From Lepidodermella squamata (Eukaryota > Animalia > Gastrotricha), in contig JBLDXI010000040.1 in assembly GCA_047495785.1 (NCBI GenBank), positions 124,001 to 188,000 on the forward strand: DNA of 64,000 bases, written 5' to 3'. Below the pieces are notes generated by a model. The model ran no database searches and was not told the DNA's origin. It saw nothing but the letters and a program-made list of their open reading frames with translations. How positions within the stretch are numbered: the first letter of the stretch is position 1; each line of letters begins with the position of its first letter. The position numbers and the translations under genes were made by a program. This document shows, one piece after another, positions 1 through 13,802 of this stretch.

Positions 1-3000
1 CCCTACTCGTTTCAAACAATTGCCGAGTTCACCGAAGTTAAGCCTTTGCTAGGCAGCGAGAAACTCCTCAGAGACGCACATCTATGCAGACGGGATACGT
101 GCTACCCCTACGACTTCGTAATTAAAAAAGCTAATCTGAGCAAGCTGCAGGCGAAATTCAAGGAAGACTTTGGTACTATTACCCGACTTCTTCGCGAAAA
201 AGTAAGGAATCTATCCATTCTTGCAATCAGTGAGAACATTGGAAATGGTATTCAGAAATCCAATGTTGCTGATAACCACTTGGATGTCATAACGAATTTT
301 TATCTTGTTTTCAGGATTTGAAAATGGTAAAAATTAACCACCCAAACATTGTCCGAGTATTTGGCACGTTCGAAGGTTTGCATGTAATACTGTCATGTCA
401 AACTTATCTCAAAGATTTTGTTCCAAAAGAGGAATACCTAGGCAGTGACGTTGCGTGTTATAAACACTCCATGCAATATTTGGTGATGGAGTTTTGCGGC
501 GGCGGAAGTTTCGAAACTCTGATCAAAGCTGGGGGTGGGCCGATTCGCGAAGTTAGGCTTCGAAGTTGGTCTCGCCAGCTCGTCTCGGCTTTGCATTATC
601 TACACAATCAAGGCATAGTCCATGGCAACATCAGGCCGAGCAATATCCTACTGTCGAAGAATCAAGGCACCGTGAAATTGGCTGACTTGGGAATAATCGA
701 AAACTTTGACACGTAAAGCCATCATAATTACGATTTTACATGTACAGGTATTCCTACATACGCATGGTAAAATTTTGCCATTGGGAAATTTGATTTCTCC
801 ATGGTTACAATGAATTTCTCTATGACAACCAAAATTTTTCTATGACATGAAACTGTCCCAAATTTGGGCAGCATTTTGCTCAGAATTAGCCTCAAAACCC
901 CCCATGAAACGCAGTTTCTCGATAATTTTAGGAAAGTCACTAAAACAGCGAAAACCTCAATTTTACTTAAAAGCAATTTCACGTGCAAAAACAAAAGACA
1001 AAATGAGGCGAACAACGATGTCGTCGAAATCTCTTGCTGGTAGCCGTCGCGATGCCGATCCGGTTCTCCCTCCGAATTCGCGGTTTTGAACAGCAACGGA
1101 AATTCAGCCACCGGCCATAGCAACGCTAAAGCCGACGACGACTGGTATCTCGGCGAGTCTTCGATCTTCGGCAAAATTGACCCAAATCCATGATTAGTTT
1201 CCGCCGCAACCTGGATACCATTTTGCAGCGAGCGGATGGCTTCTTTTATTGTCAGTCATCCAAACGCCGCGATGTTGACGCATTGATTTCTGTGCGAACC
1301 CAGCTGGCAGGTGACCGATTTGAGTGGCTTCTTCGAAGCAAAGATTTGTTCGTTTCCAGACTCGATCGAACCAAGGCGACGGATAATCTTGGGGCTTGAT
1401 ATCGGCTGTTCCATGAGTCTTGACCACTGATGATTCGGCCAGCCGGAGAGCATGAAGCTTTCGACGACGAATGACGGTTGACCAAAAACCAAGTTGCAAA
1501 CAAGAAAAAAATCGCCGAATGAAAAGTGTTTTTCGCTTTCAAACGAAGAATTGGTTTCGTGAAATTTTAAGTTGGATGTTTTATTTTCTCGAAATTATTA
1601 TCCTGAAATCACCCCTATGTACCAATTGCACCCTTTTGGAAATGGTTTGGCTGCGCCAAACTCGCTCGGGGTTTCAGATCGGGGGGAAATTTCATTTCTC
1701 TATGGCTAGCTATAGAATAATCCTTTATTCCTACATGCGCATGGTACAGTTTTGCCATTGGGAAATTGAATTTATCTATGGCTTGAAACTGCACCAAAGT
1801 TGGGCAGCATTTTGCTCGAAATTGACCTCGAAACCACCCAGAAAAAGCATTTTCTCGAAAATCTTAGGAAAGTCTCAATTTTATTTCAAAGCAATTTCAC
1901 GTGCAAAAATGGAATTGTGACAAAAAGAGGCGTAAACGAGGTTGTCGAAATCTCTTGCGGCAGCCGTCGCAATGATGCAAATCCGTTTTCCCCTACGGAT
2001 TCGCGGTTTCAAGCAGCAACAGAAATTCAGTTAGAGGCGACAATGACTGATTTCTCGGCGAGTCTTCGATATCGGCCGGCAAAATTGACCCAATCCACGA
2101 TTGATTTCCGCTACCACCAGGGTACCGGCTTCTATCGTTGTGTCCTCCTAACGTCGCGATGTTGACGCGTTCATTTCTGCGTGAAACCGGCTGGCAGGCG
2201 ATCGATTTGAATGGCTTCTTTGAGACAGCGATTTGTTCGTTTCGAGACATGATCGAGCCAAGGCAACTGATTGGCAACTCTTTGGGCTTAATATGGGCGC
2301 TCTGTTCCGTGAGTCTGAAGCTTCGGCCAGCCGGAGAACATGAAGATTTCGACGACGAATGATGGGTGACCAAAAATCAAGTTGCAAACAAGAAAAAAAT
2401 CGCCGAATGAAAAGTCTTTCTTTTTCAAACGAAGAATCGTTTTCGTGAAATTTTAAGTTGGTTGTTTTATTCTCTCGAAATGATTGTCCTGAAATCACCC
2501 CTATGTACCCATTGCATCCTTTTAGGGAGCCTAGAGGTGTCGTGCGCATGTAGGATTAGCCATATTCTATATAGCTAGCCATAAAGATATGAAATGTCCC
2601 CCTGATCTGAAACCCTGAGCGAGTTTGGCGGTTTCAGACCAGGGGGAAATTGCATTTCTCTATGGCAAGCATATAATAATCATCCTTTATTTCAGCCGTA
2701 ATTTTTCAGAAAATCGAAAACAATATCTCTGTTGCAAGGAATGCGCGCATATTTGCCTCCTGAAGTATGGATCGGTGCGCCTTTGTCACGGGCTAGTGAT
2801 GTCTGGTCGCTTGGTGTTACGCTATACGAGCTCGCAAACTACAAAAGACCGGTTTGACTATGAGTTGACGATGAAATTTGAGCCTAATTTATGTCATATA
2901 GTTCCAACCAATGCAAACTATCGAGACGTAATTCAGATTAGCTACTTCACATATTCCCACAGGCAGTGTGCGAAGAAGGGGTACAGGTGGGCGCCCCAAC

Positions 3001-4790
3001 CCGAGGGAGGAATCTTTTTTCATCCGATCAATGTCTTTTTTTATCCGACCAATGTCTCATTCTATCCGACAACCAAAAATGTGACTAAAACCTGCCGACT
3101 TGCTTTTTCACATTTTCAAAATAATTACAGTAAAAAAGTGACTACTCGGATCGCCATAAATCTTTCACCATAAAATTCTGCCAGTTCAGGGACCAAAATA
3201 GGTTTCATGAAAGGGATATGGAAAAATCGAATTCGGGAAAATCGAGGAAATCGATATTTTCAAGTCCGATGATTTTAGTCACATTTTTGACTGTCGGATG
3301 AAATGAGACATTGGTTGGATAAACAAAGACATTGGTCGGATGAAAAAAGTCACACCCACCTCGAGAGGCTCAGGCGTGGCAACCTTAAAACACTATGGGG
3401 ACCCTTTTGTTAGATAAATTCGAGGCTGAAATTATCCAAGCGTACCCTTCATCCCCTCGTTGATTCTACTCCATCCTCCGCTAACAGAATTCAATCTGAA
3501 ACTACTGAATCTCGCTTCGTTTAGACACGAAGCTCAAAGGTTCGACGTGTCTCGTGGTTATTCAAAATGTATCAGCGAATTTGTAATGGCCATGCTCACG
3601 AGAAACGCTGAGGTTCGACCGATCACTGATCAGCTCGTGAAAGATACCTTTCTACTGAACGCGCCAGAGGATAATGAGGTGGGATTTTTAGCCAGAGATC
3701 AGCGTGAGTGTGGTTTTCTCCTCTATTTTTCAGGCGGACTTGTCCACAACAATAACGCCACCGCCAGATGCAGAGGCTGTTCAGGTATTAAATTAGGAAA
3801 CGTCGATAAGTTTATTGTGATTCTGTTTATCAGGAGTTATTTAAATGCGTGCGGAACAGCGAGAAGTTTAAATTAATGAAGCTACTGGAGTATAAGAAGC
3901 TCGGTCTTACCGCCAACTGCAGAGACGAAGATGGGTCTCCTTTGCTGTGTATTGCTGCTGACTTAGGATACAACGACATTGTGGAGATCCTTCTCAGGCA
4001 ATTCAACGCCAATGTCGAGGCTACCGATAAAGATGGCGTTACAGCTTTGCACATCGCCGCCGGTAATGGCCACGTCGAAGTGGTAAAGACACTGGCTGGC
4101 AAGTTTAACGCCAATGTCGACGTCGAGGCGAACAACAATGAAATTAGCTTTACACCATTGCACGGCGCCGCTGTTAAGGGTCATGTCGAGGTGGTGAAGA
4201 CACTGGCTGGCCAGTTCAACGCCAATGTCGAGGCTATCGAAAATAAATGGGGCTTTACACCATTGCACTTCGCCGCCGGTAATGGCCACGTCGAGGTGGT
4301 GAAGACACTGGCTGGCCAGTTCAACGCCAATGTCGAGGCTACCATTCCAGATGGCTGTGAATTAAGTGGAGTTACAGCTTTGCACATCGCTGCCGCTAGT
4401 GGCCATGTCGAGTTGGTGAAGACACTGGCTGGCCTGTTCAACGCCAATGTCGAGGCTACCGTTTCAGATGGCTGTGAATTAAGTGGAATTACAACTTTGC
4501 AAGCCGCCGCCGCTAGTGGCCAAGTCGAGTTGGTGAAGACACTGGCTGGCCAGTTAGACGCCAATGTCGAGACAGCCGATAGTGATGGCCGTACACCATT
4601 AATGAGAGCAGCAAATCGCGGCAGACACGCAGTAGTGGATACGCTGATCAATGAATTTCGAGCAAATGTCAACGCGGTCAGCAATGATGGAAAAACTGTT
4701 CTGCATTACGCTATGGAATGCGATACCGATGTTTCAGCTGAGGACAAGGAGAAAACAATTGATATATTGATAAAAGCTAACGCTAGATAA
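1..4790 (+). CDS. Kinase-like domain + 8 ankyrin repeats, copy A (spliced, ~3 codons missing at the 5' window edge)
   Basis: Exons give YDFVIKK, HPNIVRVFG, LVMEFCGGGS, HGNIRPSNILL, VKLADLG, then (from 2710) YLPPE..SDVWSLGVTLYEL and MLTRNAEVRP. A linker exon 3733-3784 precedes the intronless ankyrin exon 3834-4790. Splicing between ~2930 and 3490 is not fully resolved. Confidence 0.8.
745..2680. mobile_element. Tandem copies of a non-autonomous TIR element expanding a kinase intron
   Basis: ~750-1640 is repeated at ~1726-2520. An ~88 bp inverted pair lies at 1654-1741 / 2543-2630 (CGCCAAACTCGCTC...). The paralogous intron in copy C (~20876-20927) is only ~52 nt. Confidence 0.65.
3003..3362. 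mobile_element. MITE (GAG...CTC termini, ~85 bp imperfect TIRs)
   Basis: TTTTTCATCCGATCAATGTC...TGTGACTAAAA is mirrored by TTTTAGTCACA...GACATTGGTCGGATGAAAAAA. It is absent from paralog C (~21220). No TSD seen. Confidence 0.65.
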
Positions 4791-5178
4791 CTATGCAATG
4801 AGAATTTAGAATTTTGTGTGTCGAGATTTTCGAAATTTTCAGAATTATTTTCAGTACTTTGGCACTTTTCTCAGAATTAAAGAGGTTATTTGCGTATACG
4901 GGGCGTTACTACTTTGGATGCCTCCACTTCGAATCTCTCGTTACATGGAGCCAGGGCCGGATCATGACACCAAAATTGGACCCCGGGCCCTTAGGCAAAT
5001 CCTATCTCCGGGTCCCCCTCCTATCTTCCCCACTCAACGGCCTTTCACCCTTGGTCTTCAATATTTTTCAATAACATAAGCCAGGTCTTTTTAAGGTTTC
5101 CTTTGCTGTTTACTTAATTGTTTTTGGTTTTTAGACTATAAAAATTAGACTATTTCGAATATTTAATGTCATCTGATT

Positions 5179-5291
5179 TGTCCTATACCTCTGCACTCTG
5201 TCCTACAATTATATGTTTCTCTTTCATTCAACTTGCTAAGCTGCCCTCTTCTGGGCGATATGGCTTCTAAATAAATAAATAAATAAATAAA
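5179..5291 (+). mobile_element. 3' end of a LINE/SINE with (TAAA)n tail
   Basis: Similar to the reverse complement of 9094-9200 and ends in TAAATAAATAAATAAATAAA. Confidence 0.6.
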
Positions 5292-5638
5292 AACTTGCGA
5301 ACTTTCCGGCGGCTAACATAACATGCCCCGTATCCCTGATTCTTGACAGAAAAAATTCGCGACCTTTATCTTCTGAAAGAGTCAATCTTTCTCTTCTTTC
5401 TCTGCGAGCGAAGCGAGCTTTAGCTAACGGTATTTTGTCATAATTTTGGCTGAAAATAGTCTATAATTGATTCGAAATTGCGTGTGGATGATTTCGTGTT
5501 GCGACTCCCGCGGCCCCTCAATTTTCAAAATTTTAACACACCATATTCCTAAACTAACCTCGAATTCACTTTCAAGAATGACTGTTACAGGACCAATATA
5601 TTAAATTCCTAGTAATTAACCTTGAATAACCTTGAATA

Positions 5639-5673
5639 ACCTTGAAGGGCTCCATGATGGAGCCCTTCAAGGT
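5639..5673. repeat. Perfect 17-bp palindrome preceded by 10-bp repeats
   Basis: ACCTTGAAGGGCTCCAT-G-ATGGAGCCCTTCAAGGT, following repeats of AACCTTGAAT. Confidence 0.8.
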
Positions 5674-5886
5674 ACATTTTATTCAACTGCAGAGCTGTGT
5701 CCTTCAAAGGAGAAAGGGGATTGGCCAATACAAAGTCCAAGCAACATGCCCGACGTCCTAAATAGTTCATTCTAGTCTTTCTAGTTCATTCACCAATATC
5801 CGTGAAAAGAACTCCGGGAACTTTCTCGAATCTTTACAAAAGTTGCTATGCAATCATATCAAGGGGGTAATCGGGTCTGGACTCGA

Positions 5887-5950
5887 AATATCGATTCCAA
5901 GTATCGATTTTGCGTATCAGTGATTTTTCCGATATCAGCCGTCTTGGAAC
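5887..5950. repeat. Dispersed repeat (other copies ~56200-56263 and ~62428-62482, opposite orientation)
   Basis: Shared ATATCGATTCCAAGTATCGATTT..TCAGTGATTTTTCCGATATCAGC core. Confidence 0.6.
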
Positions 5951-6300
5951 CCAACATCGATAATTTGTCAACGTAGCTTAGAGCATCATGTAGCTAAAAT
6001 AAAAAAATCCTAGGATCAGGGAGGACATCAGTATCGATCGAAAACCGAAAACGGGAATTTTTTCCGTAGTTCTACCGTAGAAATCGCCGTAGTATTTCCG
6101 TAGTTTTTCCGTAGTGCTAATTTCTACCGTAGAAGCAGCAAATACGGTCAAAAATATCAGGAAAAAATAAAAAATGCAGTGAGCGGGCGCAGTGAATCGA
6201 ACCACCAATACTGATTTAGTTATTAAATCAACCATGCCCGCCAATCAATTATGCCACCCACTACTTCACAAAATAGAATGCGATAAACGGGCTGATCTCG

Positions 6301-6630
6301 GCCAATTTTCAATACCAGGGAGTCTTTCTTTCGTGTTCTAACCATGACAGTCGAATTTAACGCCCTCGGGTCTATAATCCCTTCAGATTTCAAGCCCGCG
6401 GGGGCCACTGTTAGGCGGTTATAACGCGTCAAAAACGCCAATTTGGCTCAACGGCTTGAAAAGTACTGCATTTTCAGGGGTGCTTTGCGGCCAATTCTCA
6501 ATGCCAGGGAGTCTTTCTTTCGTGTTCTAACCATGACAGTCGAATTTAACGCCCTCGGGTCTATAATCCCTTCAGATTTCAAGCCCGCGGGGGCCACTGT
6601 TAGGCGGTTATGACGCGTCAAAAACGCCAA
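6301..6630. repeat. ~141-bp direct duplication (6301-6441 / 6490-6630) flanked by CCGTAG micro-arrays
   Basis: Near-identical copies offset by 189 bp. CCGTAG arrays lie at ~6060-6130 and ~6790-6845. Confidence 0.8.
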
Positions 6631-7225
6631 AACAGCGCTCCCCGACTGTGAGATTTTACCTCAAACTGCCCCTACCACTTCAGTGAAGTTTCGACGTTGA
6701 TCTCCGGCGAGACATTGACGTCTTTAATTGAAAATAGTTTGATAACTTTATTTTCAAGGTATCTCGTACATATTTCGTTTACAATTTTTTTACCGTAGTC
6801 ATACCGTAATACTTGCCGTAGTTTTTCCGCATTTTTACCGTAGTATCGCAAACAATCAGAAATATTTAGTGCCAGGATGCTTAAATTTAGAGCTGAATCC
6901 CCATTATTAGTTGTGGAAATATTTGAACCAATTAGAAATGATGAGCACACGTCGATATTATTTTATTTTCCGAAAATTCACTTGGTGTCATAATAGCGCA
7001 CAAAAAACAAGGTCGCGACATGAGAAAAATGGCTAATTTTTTTGAAAAATCGCACATAACGCAATATCAACAACAACAATGACAAAAAGTTTTCCGAACA
7101 TTTCGAAACTGCTCCAATTCGCAAATCTGAGCAGTAAAAAACACAGAGAAGAAAATATTAAATATTTTCCCCGAAAAGAAATAAATCGCATTTTTCAACA
7201 AATTATAATTTTTCGACAAATAATT

Positions 7226-7811
7226 AAACAACTAAAAAAGGAATGATTATCTTCGTTAGGAGTGAACGAATTCTAATATAAATAAACAGTAATTTTAATT
7301 AAATTAAAAAAATCAGGCAAATGATTTTTAATTTAATAAAATTCAAGGACGACCGCGCAAGTTTTTCCGCGCGCGCGCGCCATTTTCAGTTTGTTGGGTT
7401 TCGGTCTCGAGCAACGCGTGAGGCGTGAGTTAGAAACGAAAGACCCGCATGTAAGCAGTCAGCTATTTACTTATCTAGAAACGAGTCATTTGCGTGGGAG
7501 TGTTTCACTCTCACAGTATCAATCTATTGAAATAGCATCCTGACTGCGAGATTTTGTCTTTGCCAAGTTGCAAGATCTAATCGTGTTTTTGTGACTAGAA
7601 AGAAGACAGAAAGAAGACTGTCTTCTTTCTACTAAGGGCGATGACTTATTTCCATGTGGGTTGTGGCTTAATTGTGGACTCTATAATGTCTGCATGTCAT
7701 TAATTTGGGATAAATAAAATGAAAAACCTCTTGAAGATTGAGTAATTTTTATTTAATTTTCGAAATGGTGTTAATGATACGAGCGCGCAGAGCGCGCCCG
7801 TCTTTTCTAGT
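7226..7811 (+). mobile_element. Helitron/Helentron-type non-autonomous insertion
   Basis: Absent from paralogous copies (~15925, ~47050). It has a 3' GCGCGC-AGA-GCGCGC hairpin followed by TTTTCTAG-T, and short inverted ACTAAAAAAG/CTTTTCTAGT. No TSD. Confidence 0.6.
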
Positions 7812-7846
7812 TATTGTAATAAATTTACTAATTATTATTATTTTCA

Positions 7847-8413
7847 TCACCGGCGGTAACTGACAACGGCACTTCGACTGCTGTGTATCGATTCTTCGTA
7901 ACTGGGCGGAGCTTCCTCGCCGATAATCGGGAACGGCTGAACCGGCGCTGAAGCGACCATCATTAAAGTATTCGCCGACGACGTTGACCCAAATCGCAGC
8001 TGATGACTCACATTATGAGTTGACACACTGTTATGCCGTCGGTTATTATTATTATTGCTATGTCGATGAGGCCGGCTTGGTGGTACCACGCTGGTACCAA
8101 GTGACGGTGTCGAACTGGAGGCACTTTGTCCCATTAAATTACCCGGTAGTAGCACGACCGGTTTAGGCGATAATTGGATCGAATTCGCGAATTCAACCGC
8201 CTCAAGCATTGAACTGTTGTAATTAGGCGGCGCGACCTCGACCAGGCTGATTTCGCGGTTATTATGTAAAATTCGGGTTCGATTGCTGATGTGACGATGC
8301 CGCCGCACCTTTTTGCGCCGTTTGCAGATCAGTCACAGTAGAATGCCGACAATGGCCCATGCGAGTAGGGCGAATAGGGCGATGAGTAGGATGAGTAGGG
8401 TCTGCATGTCCAT
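7847..8413 (-). pseudogene. Single-pass PPxY adaptor, copy 1 (nonsense mutation)
   Basis: Paralog of 47088-47657, with TGC>TGA at 8333-8335 at the end of the TM segment. Confidence 0.75.
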
Positions 8414-9093
8414 AATTAGGAGAAAGGTGGCTGGCTGGGGCGGTTGCGATGCCGCGATGACTTGCTGCCAAGCTTCGTCACTCACACCAATTTTCGGGGA
8501 TTATTTATTTCGGAAATAAAATCAATTATAAAGGCCGTAGTTATCAAATCGGGTGATAACAATTCTGATTTGAACAATTTCCGAAGGAATGAAATGAAAC
8601 ATATTTGTCAGGTTATACTACTTGAACCTTTCATGCATTAGTGATTCCTCAGTCGGAAAGGCCATTCCTAATATGGTTTTATGCTTTATGACACATTATT
8701 GTCCATACTTCAGCCTTTTTTCAGCCGCCTGGCTATAGCGGCTGTCTGCTGAATGAAAGGTTAAGGCATTTCAACCTGGCAAGCCTTTTGGTGGCTGCTC
8801 ATATCAACTTATTGGCTTGATTAAATTGATAATCAGGGTTGTGACCGAAGGAAAAGTGTACATTTGCAAGTTTTGTTACGCATCAATGAACAACCCGATA
8901 AGAGCCAAATTTTACTCGGCGTTTTAGCCATACCTAAGAGCTAACTGTGGTAGAAATTGGCCCGCCAGCATCACCCATTAAAATATGTTTACAAGACTCT
9001 CATTTTGGACGCGGTGCGAGGTGCGAGATTCCGAGCGGTACGTCGGGTGCTGAGCGGTGCCTTTTGAAGGCATATTGATTATCTGACAGGGCG

Positions 9094-9520
9094 TTTATTT
9101 ATTTATTTCAAAGCTATGACGCCCAAGAGAGAGCAGCTTGACAATAGTGAATCGAAAATGAAACAGATAATTGCAGGACAGGTTACAGAGGTATAGGACA
9201 TTGGCAAATGATGACATAAAAAATGTTATCAAGTGCATACAGCAAGAGTGAGCGATTGAACAATGATGAGAATTAAGTAAAATAACAAAATCATAATAAC
9301 ATCACAACAAAACAGCATCGCAGCATTATAAAAATATATAGTGTATCGAATTTATCATAGGCCTAAACCAGTGGAATTTCTTTCGTAAAAATAAGCATAA
9401 ACATTTGAGCGGCACGCTTCAGCTGACTCAGCATTTTGAGCTTCGGCAGGCAGTTTATTCTAGAGATCGGGACCGCGATAGCTTATTCCGTTCGCGTGGT
9501 GATAGCGTGGTGATCTTCCA
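9094..9520 (-). mobile_element. 5'-truncated CR1/L2-like LINE 3' end
   Basis: The minus strand reads ISYRGPDL*NKLPAEAQNAES, like the LINE ORF2 terminal SYRGPxLWNxLP motif. It is followed by a 3'UTR and (TAAA)n. Confidence 0.55.
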
Positions 9521-9933
9521 GGATTGCAGTGAGTTTGCTGGCAATTATTGACGCAAGAATATTGCTGTCTATCGGCAGTAGTGATACCTGTCGTTTTGCA
9601 TCGCTAATTTGCATATTCAGCAAAAATTATTTTCAGACAGTAAAAAGGCCCTAACTTGTTGCTCCTACCGTTAAAGCGGGCAGCCGGCCGCCGTCAAAGA
9701 TGCCCGCTGAAGCCAGAGGCGCCGGCACCGGCACCGGCCCAAATCAGACGGCCGAATCAGGCAGCATTATCCAATCCGTGCCGTCACTTTCGGCCACATA
9801 TTTTCCAAACGGCGCCGTTTGGCTGATCAGACGAGTACCGTCGGTTGGGGCGGTTGGGACGAGTATCCAGACGGCGAAAAAAATTACCCCCTGTTTTTTT
9901 GGATTTTTCCACATTTCAGAAGGTCCTGATTCC

Positions 9934-10904
9934 CAGTGGCGTAACCAGCTGGTTGTTTTGGTTGTTCAAACAACTACCAAAATGAAAACTCAAAAACCCC
10001 TCTTTGGCCTATTTTCTCCAGAAAATGCATAAAATTGCTTACAAAATGGAGGAACTGTTTGCAACATTGCACAACATTTTCTCGCTGCGCTCGAAATCCC
10101 GATAGTGTCCATATTTCGTATTGAAAACAGGCACTCTTCGACCTTGGATTGTCCCGGGGAAGATCAATTTTCAACCTTGAGATCAGGGGCGTAACTAGAC
10201 GGGGCCCGGGGACCCACCACCATCCGGAAAAATTGCCAAAAAATGAAATGTTGTGTACTTCGTACATCTCGAAATCGCTGTCTTTCAAGCTAGGGGGTGT
10301 AATACCCACGAAAGGTGTAAAATTTGATGTCAAATATGATTTTTCGTTGAATTTTGAAGCATTTTCAGGCTAATGCTGAGGCGAAAATGAAATGAAAAAC
10401 GTTAGCTAAAGCTCGCTTCGCTCGCGAGTGACTAGCGAGCCCGAGTGGCCGATTCCTCATTGAATCTTCAGCTTTATTGGAAGTAGGGTCTCTGAAATTT
10501 GTGAAACGCGGATGGCTTGGAATACTACCGCGGAAGTTTAAAAACCGCAGGAAAAAATCATAACATTTCAAAGAAATGTATAGACAAGCCTGCCATTTTT
10601 ACACTATTTTCAGCTCGAATTGTTAAGATATTACCGTTAGCTAAAGCTCGCTTCGCTCGCATATTCAGTAATATAGTTTTTTAATTGAGCTGGCAGGTTG
10701 ACTACTAGAAAAATCCATAGTTTTAAGAGTTTTTGGAGTATTTCTGAGAGACAAATCTTCAAAATCTTCTCGCTTCGCTCCAGTTTTGGTTCAAATTACA
10801 ATTCCCAGCCCCCCCCCCCCCCTTCCCCCAACCGTGAAAGGCTGGTTACGCCCCTGCCTGAGATCCATAACAACTACCAAAAAACATTCCTGGTTACGCC
10901 CCTG
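9934..10904. mobile_element. hAT-like MITE (outer), 8-bp TSD CTGATTCC
   Basis: TIR CAGTGGCGTAACCAG / CTGGTTACGCCCCTG. CTGATTCC lies at 9926-9933 and 10905-10912. Confidence 0.8.
10184..10856. mobile_element. hAT-like MITE nested in the previous one, TSD C(T/C)TGAGAT
   Basis: TIR CAGGGGCGTAAC / GTTACGCCCCTG, flanks CTTGAGAT and CCTGAGAT. Contains GCTCGCTTCGCTCGC motifs. Confidence 0.75.
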
Positions 10905-11309
10905 CTGATTCCAATTCGCTATTTTCTCAAACTTTACTAGCGTTTTACAAAGCGAGGAGTGAGCATTTTATTTCAAAAATTTGTAAATATTTTTCTTTCG
11001 ATTTCAACTTTCAAAAATTGAATTAAAAAATTAGGAAATAACGCGACCTTTTTTGGCGGGAAGTTGATCTTTCTTTCCAAAACCAGGCGCTCCACAGGCT
11101 TTGGAAAGATTTTCCGCGTTAGCGCCCGAAGACGATATTTCTTCGCTCAATAAAAGCATTTTTTCGATGCTAAAATTGAGGTATTTACGAAAATAATTAA
11201 TTTGTCGGAGTTAGGAAACTGACGAATGGCACAAGGTGGGGATGGACTGGTGTGGGGCTATTAAGGATACATAAATATTCAATTCAATTATTACTGATAT
11301 GTTGTGTTC

Positions 11310-11382
11310 GAGTGGTCGAGTGGCTTTGGTTGTGCTTTTAGAAAGCATAGAAAACTACGAAAGGAGGGTTCGAGCCCACGCC
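11310..11382 (+). mobile_element. Possible tRNA-derived SINE head
   Basis: A-box-like GTGGTCGAGTGG and B-box-like GGTTCGAGCCC. No full cloverleaf. Confidence 0.3.
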
Positions 11383-12335
11383 GAAATTTTTTCCCAAAAA
11401 TTTGATAATTATTTTTATGCACAACGATTTCTGCACAATAAAGGACGGATTTTCAGTTGAATTATTTTTCAATTATAGCCGTAATTATTTAATTGGCATG
11501 TCGTATGGCATCGGTATATTAGTATTTCGTAACCTTACCAGCATATTCAAAGAATTAGTTAGCTATTGAAGTTAAAGTCCTCTTTAAGCAGCGAGGAACT
11601 TTTGCACAACGCTTTTAATTAGCATATTCATAGGATAGACCGAATAGCCCCTCAATTTCGCTTTTTGATGCGGCTATTCGGACGCAATTAATTAGACAAA
11701 AGTATGAGTCGGATCGGGGCGTTTTCAATTTTTATGGGTGCCCTAGCGTCTGTAGATTCAGGAAGAATTGGGCGCAGGTCCAGCAAAATTATCTTCGGGT
11801 CCGAGTAATTCAACGCAGAATAGTGGTTAAACTGAGTTAAACTTACACCTGAAAGGTGAACCCGTATCTTCCTAACCAGTAACTCTCAGGTCATGAAATT
11901 GAGCAATGTTGGACTAATATTTTGTATTTTGGATCTACGTGCGATCTACTGAGCTCTCGGTCTACTGATTTTCGTCTGGGGCACCCGTTATTTCGGCCCT
12001 GCCTCATGTTATCGGTAATTACAGTAGCGCGATCTTTCCAAAACTCTTATCTCCTCTTGAAAATTGCAGCTCCAGGATGTGAACCGGGAACTGCAATGAT
12101 TTCGCGATAACGTCATGTAATAACGAGGTTTGGTGAAAAATGCGCCGGAGAAGAATGTGAATTATTGACGATCATCAAACATGAAAATACTTCATCAAAA
12201 TTTTCATCAAAAATCCACTCTAAAATCCACTTCTTCCATGTGTTTTCCATGGCGGAATCAGGTAACAATGTATTGATTTCTTTAATTAGTCCCCAATCCT
12301 GTTGGCAAACATTGAGATTGTCGATTATTGATGAT

Positions 12336-13802
12336 GCACATTTACGGATCCGCGGTGGTTTCCTCCGGTCACTAAAAAGCCGTGAAATGCTAGTTTTCTC
12401 TAACAATTATTTGCTCGCACGCTATTGGTCGATTCAAAAATAAACGCGGGAGTCGCATTAATGCCGCTGCGAAACAAAACAGCCGTCGACTTCACAGATT
12501 CATGGTTAATAATGCAGGACGGCGCAAATACAGGGCCTCATTTTCAGTTGCAGTTAAAATTGTGTTTTTCCTGAGAATAATTGGAACAAATTTCTAAAAA
12601 AATCCGAAATCCAGTGAAATCAATAATTGAAAAAATGAGCAAAGGCTGTGATTTTTTCACCAAAATGTCAACATCTTGCCTTCAACTTCTAGCTGCAAAA
12701 TAAGAATTAGGTAATTGGCAAAAATCACCCAAATCGATCGCCGAAAAAATCAACGAAAATTGTCAAATTGTCAGCGCGGTAAAACTGGACGCAAAATTCA
12801 GCTGAACTCGATAATGAAATTCAAAAGGCTGTTTGTTATTACCACCTTAATCCAGAATACAGCTTTTTACAAGTGGACTGCGAATTTGGAATAATATCAA
12901 TAAATCTCTGATAAAACCGAGATTAAGTTTTTCGTTATTCGAGGTTGAGGTTGTCATTAAAAGTCATTACCGTATGGCAGTTTACGTTCATTCGCGCTGC
13001 TTTCTTGGCTATAGTTTTTTTTCCTGCAGTAGTAATATCACATAGCAATAAAACTTGCTCACGCTATTTTCTGCAACACACAACCATTTCCACACAATAA
13101 TTAATTAGGTCACTACAACACGAATTTATGAATGGCTTGCAGCCATTAGCTCAGTGTACATTGCGATCATTCGAGAAAAATGAACGATAAAATTTAGCCT
13201 TGGAAATGAAAAAATAAGGGTAGCCCTTTCCGCCATTCAATTGCAAATTAAAACTAAAGTGGAGACTAACGATTTAAAGCAGTAAATGAATATTAGGTAA
13301 TTATTTTTAATTTTGCAAAAAGCCCAGGCGTGCATTTTTTTTTCGTGCACAGTGCCTAGTGTGCACGACTGTTACCAGGCCATCGTGCACACGCACTAGG
13401 TCATTCACACATGCTTTAAAAGTTCATTTTTGGCATCAAGTGGTTTAAATTGCTTGCAAATCGAAGCCTTACTTTATTTTCTCCAATAATTTATTGCTAA
13501 TTTTTCGAAATTCTCTCAATATTTATTTATTTCCTTGTGGAGTAATTTTCTCATAAGTCATTTTTTTACAGTTTGTGTGAATGTGGCTCTTAATATTTGC
13601 GTCGGTCTTGACTCTTAACTATAAGCTGCAAGCCACAAATCTGTAAAGTCGACGGCTGTTTTGTTTCACAGTGGCATTAGTGCGGTTCGCGCGTTTATTT
13701 TTGGATTGACCAATAGCGTGCGAGCAAATAATTGTTATGGAAAACTAGCCTTTCACGACTTTTTAGTGGCCGGAGGAAACCACCGCGGATCCGTAAATGT
13801 GC
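12336..13802. mobile_element. Non-autonomous Mutator-like element (MULE), ~165-bp TIRs, 9-bp TSD ATTGATGAT
   Basis: GCACATTTACGGATCCGCGGTGG... is mirrored at 13638-13802. ATTGATGAT lies at 12327-12335 and 13803-13811. Confidence 0.85.

Noticed and set aside
728-2549. Many short ORFs in both strands
   Set aside because: They lie in a duplicated intronic TIR element, and frames are not conserved between the two copies.
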